The translations under genes and the position numbers were made by a program. A stretch of 37,484 bases of DNA, from the NCBI RefSeq assembly GCF_001194135.2, contig NC_068987.1, positions 45,284,802-45,322,285 on the forward strand. Direction: 5' to 3'. Source of the DNA: Octopus bimaculoides. Taxonomy: Eukaryota. Below are positions 1 to 10,844 of the stretch, piece after piece. Under the pieces are notes generated by a model. The model made no database searches. It was given only the letters and a program-made list of their open reading frames with translations, and was not told the DNA's origin. Position 1 is the stretch's first letter. Each line of letters opens with the position of its first letter.

Positions 1-312
1 ATCTATGTTGTGGGGTACATTCTTCGCCAGGGTAGGTTTTGGCATTTATAAGCCGCCCTCTTTCCCTATTTCTGGCGAGGATGTAGTCGATTTGGCTAGA
101 GTGTCTGCCGGAGCGGTAGGTGACTAGGTGACTGGCAGGTTTCCTGAAGTTGGTATTGCAGACCATAAGATCGGTTGCATCACAGAACTCCAGCAGTCTG
201 GTTCCCTCCTCGTTGCGGGAACCGAAGCCATAGCCTCCATGTATGCCATAGAAGCCTCCAGCACGACGTCCGACATGACTGTTGAAGTCTCCAGCCACAA
301 AGAGAAGGTCCC
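1..312 (-). mobile_element. RTE-clade LINE fragment, APE endonuclease region (runs off the window start)
   Basis: Minus-strand translation (frame not in the ORF track): LLFVAGDFNSHVGRRAGGFYGIHGGYGFGSRNEEGTRLLEFCDATDLMVCNTNFRKPASHLVTYRSGRHSSQIDYIL, then after a stop/frameshift NAKTYPGEECTPQHR. Contains the GDFN, IDY and QHR motifs of the RTE APE domain. Confidence 0.9.
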
Positions 313-590
313 TATGAAAAGAAATTTGACATCAAACTGACAGTAAACTACCAGAATGGACGACTTTGTAGTGTATCTGGTTCCGTTGAGGATAGACTCA
401 TAAATCGACATCAAAATCCACAGTCAGTAATGGTTTGGGCAGCTGTGACAGCCACTGGAAGGTCTTCCCTCATTTTTTTGTTCTTGGGTGTTAAAATTAA
501 CACCCAACGATACATTAGCAACATCCTGGAAGCTGAATTGCTTTCATGGGTAAATGAGCACTTTCAAGGTGCACTTTGGAACCTCCAAAT
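313..590 (+). mobile_element. Tc1/mariner transposase fragment, maT/DD37D-like
   Basis: Translates as EKKFDIKLTVNYQNGRL...RHQNPQSVMVWAAVTATGRSSLIFLFLGVKINTQRYISNILEAELLSWVNEHFQGALWNLQ, the DDD core between the first and second Asp. Confidence 0.75.
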
Positions 591-639
591 GCTACTAAAC
601 GACGATGATGACGATGATGACAACAATGATATGTACATA

Positions 640-770
640 CAAACCATGCATACACACATATATACACACGGACACACACAGACTCATACACACACACACA
701 CACACACAAATACACACACACGCACACACACACACACACCACTCACACATTGCCAGACTTTACTTGTGTG
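640..770. repeat. (CA)n-rich microsatellite
   Basis: Directly visible imperfect CA runs. Confidence 0.95.
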
Positions 771-891
771 ATGATGATGCTCATTTACAACCATCTCATA
801 ATGTCCAGACAAGGGTAGACACAAACATATACACATATACATATGAATATACAACATACATGCATATATATGTATGTGCGTGTGTGTTTGA

Positions 892-1051
892 TAGGCTTCT
901 TTCAGTTTCTGTGTATGAAATCCACTTACAAGGCTTTGGGCAGCTTGGCCACAGTAGAAAACACTTGTCCATGGTGCTGTGTAGTGGTACTGAACCTAAG
1001 ACCACATGGTTGCGAAGCAGGCTTCTCAACCACACATCTACATCTGTGCCT
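892..1051 (-). mobile_element. tRNA-derived SINE family A, head and body
   Basis: aggcttctttcagtttc...aaatccac..acaaggctttgg...acacttg..ca.ggtgc...actgaacc recurs at about 6250, 24510, 27845 (-) and 21972, 25481, 26203, 31132 (+). Reverse strand has A-box and B-box (ggttcagt.cc) like motifs. Confidence 0.8.
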
Positions 1052-1053
1052 TT

Positions 1054-1327
1054 ATGTATGTGTGTATGTATGTATGTATGTATGTATGTATGCATGTATG
1101 TATGTATGTATGTATGTATGTATGTATGTATGTATGTATGTATGTATGTATGTATGAATGTATGTATGTATGTATGAATGTATGTATGTAAGACAGTATC
1201 AAACTATCAGTTGTTGTTATACACTGCTTATCACAATTATCACAATGCACTTTGCATTATCTTAACTTTCAAATAATATATATGTATGTGTGTGTGTGTA
1301 TATGCATACATACATGCATGCATACAT

Positions 1328-1366
<39 letters not shown>

Positions 1367-1387
1367 CATATGCATGTATGTGTATAT

Positions 1388-1410
<23 letters not shown>
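1054..1410. repeat. (TATG)n and (CA)n/(CATA)n microsatellites
   Basis: Directly visible; source of the spurious MYVC/HTYI ORFs. Confidence 0.95.
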
Positions 1411-1421
<11 letters not shown>

Positions 1422-1509
1422 ACACACATACACGGGTAAGAATGAAGGGTTGGGTGGTGTTAGAATTTTCTCAGCAGAGAAATAGATTAAAATAATTGAG
1501 GTTATCAGA

Positions 1510-3300
1510 TTTTACGATAAAATATAATTGTACTTAGTCTGGTTATGGGTAACATGACAGTGACATTTATCTCTACATGTGCAATCTACTCATGCCTAGC
1601 AGATGAACTGGTTTTATGAAGCTTTCTGTAAACTACCATGACCACAAATGACAATGAATTTGTTATTACAAGGTCACTGTGATATCTTCTACATGTTACA
1701 TAAAAGTTATGGATGCTGTACAAAGGATGAAAAAAGTATCAAGGCTTTTGGATTTCTGTAATACAAATGCTACTAATTATTTGCAATACTTAGCAATCAA
1801 ACAAACATGCAAGCTAAATGTACTTCATACTCACAAGAAAATAGCTTAGGCAGTTAGTTGTAAATATTAAGTCTTTCCCTGTTGAAGAATATAGCTCTTA
1901 AAACAGACTAGTGACCTCAGAATAAGAGTTAGATAAATAGTAACTTGAGAATAAAAGATGTGGCAATTTGGGAAAGGAAGGTATGGAAGCTGAAAGAGAC
2001 CTTGACCAGTCAAAGGTTCAGAGAAGTACTGAGAAAGAGAGTATAGAGGCTTATAATAATCTACTTTGAACTGCAGACCAGATCTGTCATTGATGCAAGG
2101 TCCCAGTCAGATGGAAGATGACATGGCTGTGGTAGGTACAGTAGAAGGTATTATAAAAGCTGAAAGACTGGGGAAACCAGAAGGAAAAGGGAGAAAAAAA
2201 CAATGTCAAGCTGGACTGAATTTACTTAGCAAGGAGGGGAGCCAAAATTTAAAGGTTTAGAAATGTTTTGTGAGGATTAGAGGTGTGAGGCATTCTAAAT
2301 TGCAAGGTACTGTACTAGAAAGGATTCAGATGTTACTAGAAGAAATTTCTGTGAAATGATAGCTTCCCACTTGCCCTCACTCATGCCCCAAAACAAAGAG
2401 GCATGCTGAATGAAGGGAATCTATGGAAGAAGGAAAGCCTTACCAAATTAAAACCAACAGTGGGGGCCAGCCATTGAAGTTGATTGTTGTACCATTGAAA
2501 ACATGGTTAAAGTTATGAAGGTAGAGTAGGTTGAGGAGTTATGAAGGATAATTGCTAGAGCTGCTTAAAATATCTGATGGCACATGTCACACACTAGCAT
2601 AGGCAGTAAGATAGTACAAGCAGGTACCATACCCAATGACTGATGCATCATCATCAACTACAACAAGGACAAAGAAAATGCTGTAGAGAGTGGCAATAGA
2701 AAGGAATCATAGTGGTGGAACAGGTTTTGAAAGAAATAGTTACAGCATAGTTGATTAATAAGAGAATTATCCTAGACTAAATGTAGTTTGGGTTTATGTC
2801 AAGACAGAATTCTATTAATGCTCTCTTCCTAGTGAAATAACTACAATAGATTAGTTAGCTCAGAGGAAATCATTCTATCTAGCTTTTGTTAATCTGGTAA
2901 GGCCCTTAAGAGACTTCCACTGTTAGGCACTAAGAAATCTAGGAGTAGATGAATGAACTGTGAAAGCTATGCAAGCCATGTGCAGATGAACTGCCAACAA
3001 AGCCAACAATGAATTGATTGAGGAATTTAACTTGCAGGTTTGTGGACTCAAGGTTCAATTCTCAAATTTCTTCTGCTTATGATAAGGCTCCAGGCTATAT
3101 CAAAAGAGTTTAAGATTGGCTGTCAATGGGTACTTCTGTTTTCCACAGCCTTCTCATAGCAGAACCAGTCAAAAACTTAAAGATTTCAAACACACAGTAA
3201 AGGAGTAGGAAGGAATCCAATATAGTATATCCATGGCAATACAAGCAGTGAAATGGGTTTATATTTAGGATGTCAGAAAAAGTTCACTTCATATGTAGCA
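1510..3300 (+). mobile_element. Heavily decayed RTE LINE ORF2 (APE, linker, RT)
   Basis: Broken-frame motifs: GTIPND*...IINYNKDKENAVESGN (about 2620-2700), FGFMS...INALFLVK*LQ (about 2790-2850), YLAFVNL, ALRNLGVDE*TVKAMQAM. Many stops and frameshifts. Confidence 0.7.
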
Positions 3301-3413
3301 GCTATACAGCAATAATTAGCTGTGAAAAAAATGTGAAATTAATTCCTTTAAATACTCAGAAGTCATATGGAGTACAGTTCTTCAGATCTTCCCTATCACC
3401 TCTCTTAAAAAGC

Positions 3414-4650
3414 TATCAGATTGAATAAAATTTTTTTTTACATTTTCACTGATGATTTTTGGCAACATGTATCACCATGTTACATTATTAATTTGATAAA
3501 ACATATTATTCAATAGTTGCTGATTTGTTTGTTCTTTATTTTCATATATATCAAATAAACATTAAGTGTTTATTCTTTATTTTACAGCTTTGATAATAAG
3601 TGGTGAAAAAATTGCAATTAGAGCCATTTTGTTCTACCAGTGGAAAAAAGGACTGAGTGCTAGGACATCAGCAAAAGAAATTAATGATGTGGAAGGTTCT
3701 GGAACTGTCAATGAACATTTGGCACGAAACTGGTTCAACTGGCATGTGGCATGAAACTGGCTTCAAAGAAAGATGATACCAAAGTCAGAGAGACCTTTTG
3801 TGGAAAATGGAGCCTTGCTTGAAATGGTTCACCAACAACTAAGTACAAATACTTGTTCATTGTCAGTGGAGCTTGGTCCTTCACAAAACACCATCAATCA
3901 ATATCCCCATAAGCTTGGCCTTGTGAACAGATACTGTCAAGAAGGTCTTCATGAACTGGTCAATGACGAAACTCAATGATGTGTAGACATTTGCAAATGA
4001 CTGCTGCAAAATCCCCAAGATGCCTGCTTTTGGTATTGGGGATGAAAAATCTTAAGAGAAATCAGTGACTTCATTCTGGCCAGGCTTCAGAACTTGTTAA
4101 ACAAGGGCAGTTTGAGCAAAAGATCATGTTGCATATTTTGGTGAAATTTCAAGAGGGTGTTGCACTCTGAGCTTGCCCTAGATAGTCATGCTGAGGATGC
4201 TAAGCTTTATGCTCAACAACTGCAGCAAATGTATGATGCTTTGAAAGCTTGCTACCCAACATTGTTCAATCAAAGATGTGCACTCGTACAGCATGGCAAT
4301 ACCCCAGCACACACTGCTAATGTGGCCAGCAGAAACTTGAGGAACTTGAGGGGCTGGAAGTGCTACTTTACCCTGCCTTTAGTCCAGACCTTGCACTATC
4401 AGATTACCATCTTTTCTGAGCCATGGCTCATTTCCTACATGGACAGAGGTTCAACGATGTGGATGAGGTTGAAAATGGAGGCAGAGAGTTTTTTTTGCCT
4501 CTAAACCAGCCAAATAGTATAAGCATGGAAGTGAGCTTCTGGCAGAATGATGGGAACAGACAATAGAGTATGATGGGATATATTTCGTATGTAATTTATT
4601 TGAACTATAAATTAAAGCTTGAAATAGGAAAAATCTTTTGACTCAACCTG

Positions 4651-4653
<3 letters not shown>
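3414..4653 (+). mobile_element. Decayed full-length DD34D mariner (about 1.24 kb)
   Basis: IRAILFYQWKKGLSARTSAKEINDVEG...NWF (HTH), QHGNTPAHT, cccttta gtccagaccttgcactatcagattacc (YSPDLAPSDY-like). Degenerate TIRs tatcagattgaataaaa (3414) and ttttgactcaacctggta (4653). Confidence 0.75.
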
Positions 4654-4695
<42 letters not shown>

Positions 4696-4698
<3 letters not shown>

Positions 4699-4880
4699 TC
4701 ATCATTGTTTAATGTCCGCTTTCCATGCTAGCATGGGTTGGACGATTTGACTGAGGACTGGCGAACCAGATGGCTACACCAGGCTCCAATCTGATTTGGC
4801 AGAGTTTCTACAGCTGGATGCCCTTTCTAATGCCAACTACTCCAAGAGTGTAGTGGGTGCTTTTATGTGCCACTGGCACG
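4696..4880 (-). mobile_element. RTE LINE 3' tail (5'-truncated copy) ending in a (GAT)n tail
   Basis: About 95% identical by eye to 8722-8905 and 37271-37450; the same sequence follows RTE ORF2 at 8713-9625 and 35140-35905. Confidence 0.8.
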
Positions 4881-4906
4881 TGTGTGTGTGTGTGTGTATG
4901 TGTATA

Positions 4907-5013
4907 NNNNNNNNNNNNNNNNNNNNNNNNNNNNNNNNNNNNNNNNNNNNNNNNNNNNNNNNNNNNNNNNNNNNNNNNNNNNNNNNNNNNNNNNNNNNNN
5001 NNNNNNNNNNNNN
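4907..5013. other. Assembly gap (N run); other gaps at 9019-9268, 13488-14069, 27180-27603, 29925-29934, 30482-30491
   Basis: N characters in the sequence. Confidence 1.
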
Positions 5014-5029
5014 TATATATTATATATAT

Positions 5030-5943
5030 ATGGTTGTCAGATAAAATCATTTGTTTCTTACCAATATTATTCAAATTAACACAAAAACATTTTTACTATA
5101 ATGTTTTATACGTTTCTTTAGCTCTATTCTTCCTCTACAACTTTTACATATTTGTTTATCATTCTTAAAATTTGAATAAATCTTACCACTTTTCCGGCAT
5201 ATCATGACAAAGAGTGAAGCAGAAAAACACCCAGCATTTTCAACTCCTGCTTCTCTTCACTTTCAGTCAAATTTCCAAAGCTGTCAAAGCCACTTGAGAC
5301 CTTTGTGCTGTGTACAGAAAAGGGTGTCACTGAAAGAAATGGTTTTCATGCTTCAAGATGAAAAATTAAACTTCACAAACTGTCTGACTGGTCTGTTTAG
5401 TTCAATGAGAACTAATTGAACCAGCTCATCCATGAGGATCTGCACCAGTCTGCTAGAGAATCAGCCTAGCAGGTTGGGATGCTTTCATGATACCAATATC
5501 AACATACATCATTTTCATTGATGTGTAAGGTCCATAAGCTAAGTGCATGGGTGCCACATGCTCTGAATGAAAGAGACAAACTTCCAGCACTTATCTATTG
5601 TCACTCACCCCAATGTCACTGATTTAACAAAAAATGCTGCTCAAGAGCTTAGTTGGGAAGCTCTATCACATGCTGGTATACTGCCTTCAGATTATTACTT
5701 TTTTCAGTTGCTAACTAATAGTCTGTGAGGTATTTTGTTCAACAATGACATGGAACCAAACATGCGGCGGCTTGTCTTCAAGTCAAGACCCATTGATTTC
5801 TGTCGTCAAACTATTGACAACTTGTGCAATGTTGGCAACAAGTGATGAGAAATGGAGAATACATTATTGACTGATTTGCTAAAATTGTTGATAAAAATAA
5901 GGATTAAAATAAATTGAAAAATGAATTTATCTGACAACCCTAA
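5030..5943 (+). mobile_element. Internally deleted mariner, related to the copy at 10845
   Basis: TIRs ggttgtcagataaaatcat and atgaatttatctgacaaccc. N-terminus KNTQHFQLLLLFTFSQISKAVKAT*DLCAVYRKG, KLSAWVPHALNERDK at about 5535-5580, then jumps to ..AAQELSWEALSH..PSDYY..NGEYIID*. Confidence 0.8.
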
Positions 5944-5965
5944 ATTTATATATTTATGTGTGTGA

Positions 5966-6019
<54 letters not shown>

Positions 6020-6109
6020 ATTAAATAAAGCTGAAGGCAGTCTTAAGAACATGTTTATTCTCATTTAAATACATCTAAACAATAGTTTTTTTTATCTTTC
6101 CAGTACTTA

Positions 6110-6375
6110 TTTTTTAAGCCTGGTACTTATTCTATCAGTCTCTTTTGCCAAACCACTAAGTTACGGGTGTGTAAACACACCCACTCCAGTTGTTAAGTGG
6201 TGATGGGAGGAAAAACACAGACACCCCCACCACAACACATGTATATGCAACAGGCTTCTTTCAGTTTCTGTCTACCAAATCCACTCACAAGGCTTTGGTT
6301 GGCCCAAGGCTATAATAGAAGACACTTGCCTGGAACTATGTGGAAGCTTCTTACTACACAGCCACTCCTGTGCCT
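6110..6375 (-). mobile_element. SINE family A (head, internal microsatellite, 3' module)
   Basis: gtacttattctatcagtctcttttgccaaaccactaagttacgg 3' module plus the body and head shared with the other A copies. Confidence 0.8.
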
Positions 6376-7399
6376 ATTAATAATTTCTAAACAATACCAG
6401 ACTTTACTGAGTTTATACAAAAATAGCCTCCTAGACATTGGTTCTAAGGATTGTCAAATGTTATTTTTTAATTAGACAAGCAGAGATGGTTGAATGATTC
6501 TTTCATAGCTTTTATTTTAACACATTTATATTTTCTTATTGTTTGTTTGTTTCTATTTTTTTTATTTATTATTTTTTTTTTTAGTATTTTTATTTTCAGC
6601 TTTCTGTGTCCTTTTTACATTACCACTAATATTCATACATACATAACTGGCACTCTGCCGAGTACCCTAACCACTAAGCCATGCACCTTCACTACATACA
6701 TATACACATACTACACACACATACACACACATGTACATCCATCCATCCATCCATCCATACATACATACATACCTATATATAGGTATGTATGTATGTATGT
6801 ATGTATGTATCTACATACCTATACATATGTACACATATGTATATGTTTACATACATATATATGTATGTATACATATACATATATTTCGGTAAGTGCCTAA
6901 GAAAGCTGAGTTTTTCAGAAAAAGAATCTACCAGCTAATATGGTCATTAAAAATGCAATTTATAAGCTGAAGAGTAAATGCAAGACTTTTCTCAAGTTCA
7001 AAATGGGACATTGTTTTTTAGTGTCTGCATTTCAATGATAGCATTGTAACTTTGTTTGAAACCAGTTTCAGGAAACAACCAGTCATCTGATAAAATTCCT
7101 GTGCTTTTATTTCGCTCAACTTTGTAGAGTTAGATTAAATATTATTTGGAGTGACTTTACATTAAGGAGTGGAATGTACAATCTTTTAATTCAGATCACT
7201 TCATGATCCCAGCAGTCAAAATGAAAAAGGCACCATCTGATTATCAACCAATCAGGTGAATGCACAAACTAGAAAGACTTCATATTCAATAGGAAAGAGG
7301 ATAGATAGTGAATTGTGAATACAAAGTCCTTCCCTGATGAAAAATTTATCTACCAACATAAATTAGTGCCCAGTGACCTCAAGGGAAGAGCCAGACAGA

Positions 7400-8090
7400 C
7401 TTTGAGACACAATCTGGAGAAGTAAAGAAAAGAAACTGAAAGAGTACTTGGCTGGGCATATGCTCAAGAAAATGCATGTGAAAGCATGTGATGGGAAAGA
7501 AGAGGAGGAGTTAAAGACTTACAGCATAGAGAGCAAATGAGATTTTCAACAAGATAATCTACTATAAGCCAAAGACTATGACACTAGGTAGAATAAAGTT
7601 CTAGCCAAACAGAACCAAGAAAATGAGCAAAAAAGAACAATGCAAGGCAGCTAAATGGAAAGCTAGGCATCAGGTGCATGTAACTCAGAGAAAAGCTGAA
7701 AGTAAGAGCTTTGCCTGATGTCCTACAATTAGAGGATTAAAGGTGCAACATATTCTGGGTTGCACAGCAATGTGTCAAGGTGAATGAAGAAAGCATTGGC
7801 AAAAGTGTGCACAGAATTTATAGTGACTTACCCTCATTGATGCTGAGGAGAAAGGGGTCTAGAAATGTTATTATAGGTGGTTGTTGAATGATAGGAATGC
7901 ATAAGAGAGAGACACAGAGAATGGGTCTTCTCCAAGTTGACCCAACAGAGGAACCAGCTATGAAAATTAAGAGCCATATGCTCAGAAGTTTGATTAATGA
8001 TATAAAGGCAGGCAATACAGCTGGACCATCAGGGGTACCTGCTGAGATTTTGAAAATATCTGGCATATGAGGACACATGTTTGTCATGAG
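7400..8090 (+). mobile_element. Decayed RTE ORF2 fragment (linker to RT start)
   Basis: AAKWKARHQVHVTQRKAESKSFA; INDIKAGNTAGPSGVPAEILKISG (the K.GKA.GP.G..AE.LK motif). Confidence 0.7.
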
Positions 8091-8094
8091 CTAG

Positions 8095-8127
<33 letters not shown>

Positions 8128-8259
8128 CACACACATGCATGCATGTACACACACATATGTAGACAGACATGCACACAAACAAGCACAGACACCGCACACA
8201 TGCACTCACAGGCACACACAGAAACACATGCACACTCACACATACATATGCATACACAT

Positions 8260-8297
<38 letters not shown>

Positions 8298-8399
8298 ACT
8301 TACACAGGCACACACATATGCACACATGTGTAACATTGGTATAAAACTAATGATTCACTCCAAGTTAGTGTAGAATTATTCTGGCTGTTTCAGAGTGAA

Positions 8400-10700
8400 T
8401 GAGGTAAAAAGATGATGCATAGAGTTGATCCTGGGTATTGTACCCTGTATCTTGATGAGGAGTTGAAATAGACTGGAGGTCATCAAACAAGACATCTTCC
8501 TTTTAGATAACATCAACAAATACACATTGTATCAGATTATATAGAGAAAATGATATATCTGCCTCTCACAATATGAGTGGCCACAATGAAATGTAAGGCA
8601 TCCCAGATCATAGCAATATGTTATATGCTACCTAGCCCATCTGGGATTCTAGCTGTCTGCACTATACAATTGATGTAGCCATTATCAATAAAAAAATATT
8701 ATAACTGTCTGGCTACAATCGTCATTGTCGTTTAACGTCCGCTTTCCATGCTAGCATGGGTTGGACGATTTGACTGAGGACTGGTGAAACCAGATGGCTA
8801 CACCAGGCTCCAATCTGATTTGGCAGAGTTTCTACAGCTGGATGCCCTTCCTAACGCCAACCACTCCGAGAGTGTAGTGGGTGCTTTTACGTGCCACCGG
8901 CACGAAGGCCAGTCAGGAGGTACTGGCAACGGCCACGCTCAAAATGGTGTATTTTACGTGCCACCTGCACAGGAGCCAGTTCGGCGGCACTGGCAACGAT
9001 CTCGCTCGAATGCCTTTANNNNNNNNNNNNNNNNNNNNNNNNNNNNNNNNNNNNNNNNNNNNNNNNNNNNNNNNNNNNNNNNNNNNNNNNNNNNNNNNNN
9101 NNNNNNNNNNNNNNNNNNNNNNNNNNNNNNNNNNNNNNNNNNNNNNNNNNNNNNNNNNNNNNNNNNNNNNNNNNNNNNNNNNNNNNNNNNNNNNNNNNNN
9201 NNNNNNNNNNNNNNNNNNNNNNNNNNNNNNNNNNNNNNNNNNNNNNNNNNNNNNNNNNNNNNNNNNNNTTCTCACGCACAGCATATTTCCAAAGGTCTCA
9301 GTCAGAAGTCATCGCCTCGGTGAGGCCCAATGTTCGAAGGTCGTGCCTCACCACCTCATCCCAGGTCTTCTTGGGCCTACCTCTTCCACAGGTTCCCTCC
9401 ACTGCTAGGGTGTGGCACTTTTTCACACAGCTATCCTCATCCATTCTCGCTACATGACCATACCAGTGCAATCATCTTTCTTGCACACCACAACTGATGC
9501 TTCGTAAGTTCAATTTTTCTCTCAAGGTATTAACACTCTGTCTAGAATGCACACTGACATTACACATCCATCGAAGCATACTGGCTTCATTCCTTGCGAG
9601 CCAACGCATGTCCTCAGCAGTCACGGAATATTTTCCCTGCCAACATTTAATAGAGAAATTGGCCAGAATTGGTAAAGAGTTGATAGTTTCTGATCTTTGG
9701 GGAGAAAGATAGCTTTTTCCTCTTGTCTAACAAACAGCTTATGATCACCTTCTCTTTCCAAGGTATTTGGAGAATGGAGAATAATTTGTTGGTGAAAGTG
9801 GAACATTTTTGTAGACTTTGTAAGGTATACCATCTTGTCTTAAGACTCTCTTCGATCATACCTTTTCAGTGAAGTCCCAGAGTTCTCTCATTCAGAAGTC
9901 TCCAAGATCAAATTTTGCTCCTGGTGCTGTTTTGTTATCCCTTGCATTGGTGGTACAGGGGTATCTCAAAGACTGTCGCTATAAGTTTTACGCAAGTATG
10001 TCTCCAGTTTGTCCTTGCTCCATATCAAGAGATCATTTCCTGAAACACATCTTTCACAAACTTGAAAAGAATTTTGATAATGTTTCTTTAGCTCTGCTAC
10101 CTGAGCCTTCTCCTTTCCCTCCTCCTCTCAACTACACAGCAGCAGGTTGAGATGCTTAATATTATAAAGCAGCTTCAACACACTGATTTTCTTTTTCACT
10201 CATCTCAATCCATTGACTCCTCAAAAATTTCTTCTTCTTCCTGACTTCTATTAAGCAACTACTCCTGCTATTGCCTCCTGGTACATTCTTCTTCTTGTCT
10301 CTACTTAGTGTGCAAAACATTTTCTCACCAGTACTGCAGATTGAATAGGCATATAAATGGATCTCTCCCCTTTTTCTTGATTGTCATTTTCAGTGCTGCA
10401 CTTTCAAACTCCTTGTAGACTGACAGTTCATCAACTTTTGGCCACTTAATCTTTGCTCACCTGCCTCACTATCTGCTACAGGTGCATTGACCACTGTGGT
10501 TTGCCTCCTGAGTACTATCATCATATATAATCAGATTGACATTGCATTTCTGTTTACACCATTTTGATTTGTGAATCTGAAGGCCTTTCAGTGTATTGAA
10601 TCACTTCCCTCAACACATTGATTCAAATGTTTCTATGTTGTACACATTCAAATCATTGTTCTTGCCCACATCCATTTTCATTGCCAGCCCATTAACATGA
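8400..10700 (-). mobile_element. Hero-like (R2 superfamily) non-LTR retrotransposon, 5' half, interrupted by an RTE insertion at 8713-9625
   Basis: Minus-strand motifs in order: zinc-finger-like GK*FNTLKGLQIHKSKWC (about 10550-10610), KIKWPK, LRSQW, YLRKTYSD, DGIPYKVYKN, IFLPK..STLYQFWPISLLNV.GKIF, then [RTE], then VARQL*YFFIDNGYINCIVQTARIPDGLGSI*HIAMIWDA (8712-8590) and FDDLQ. Clade name is from recalled motifs. Confidence 0.65.
8713..9625 (-). mobile_element. Young 5'-truncated RTE LINE (ORF2 C-terminus, 3' UTR and tail; gap inside)
   Basis: VTAEDMRWLARNEASMLRWMCNVS...RLHWYGHVARMDEDSCVKKCHTLAVEGTCGRGRPKKTWDEVVRHDLRTLGLTEAMTSD*DLWKYAVRE. Tail left of the gap is CpG-rich and ends ...cgttaaacgacaatgacgat. 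Confidence 0.85.
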
Positions 10701-10844
10701 ATTCCTGTAGCCTTTATTCTCCTTTGGTTTCTCAGGCTTTGAGGGCATATTTCTTAATTTGTTTCTGTTACATTAGGATTTGTTCAGAAAGGCTGCTGTC
10801 ATGGCTGTTGGCTTCATACTGCAAATCCCTTTGCCACTTCCATA

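Noticed and set aside
515-1495. ORFs rich in HT, CV, MYVC or YI repeats (also near 8084-8373, 22278-22683, 26479-26762, 27075-27705)
   Set aside because: Translations of microsatellites; no codon or domain evidence.
5520-5570. Minus-strand CGTHALSL resembling a hAT C..H motif
   Set aside because: It is the antisense of the mariner WVPHAL codons on the plus strand.
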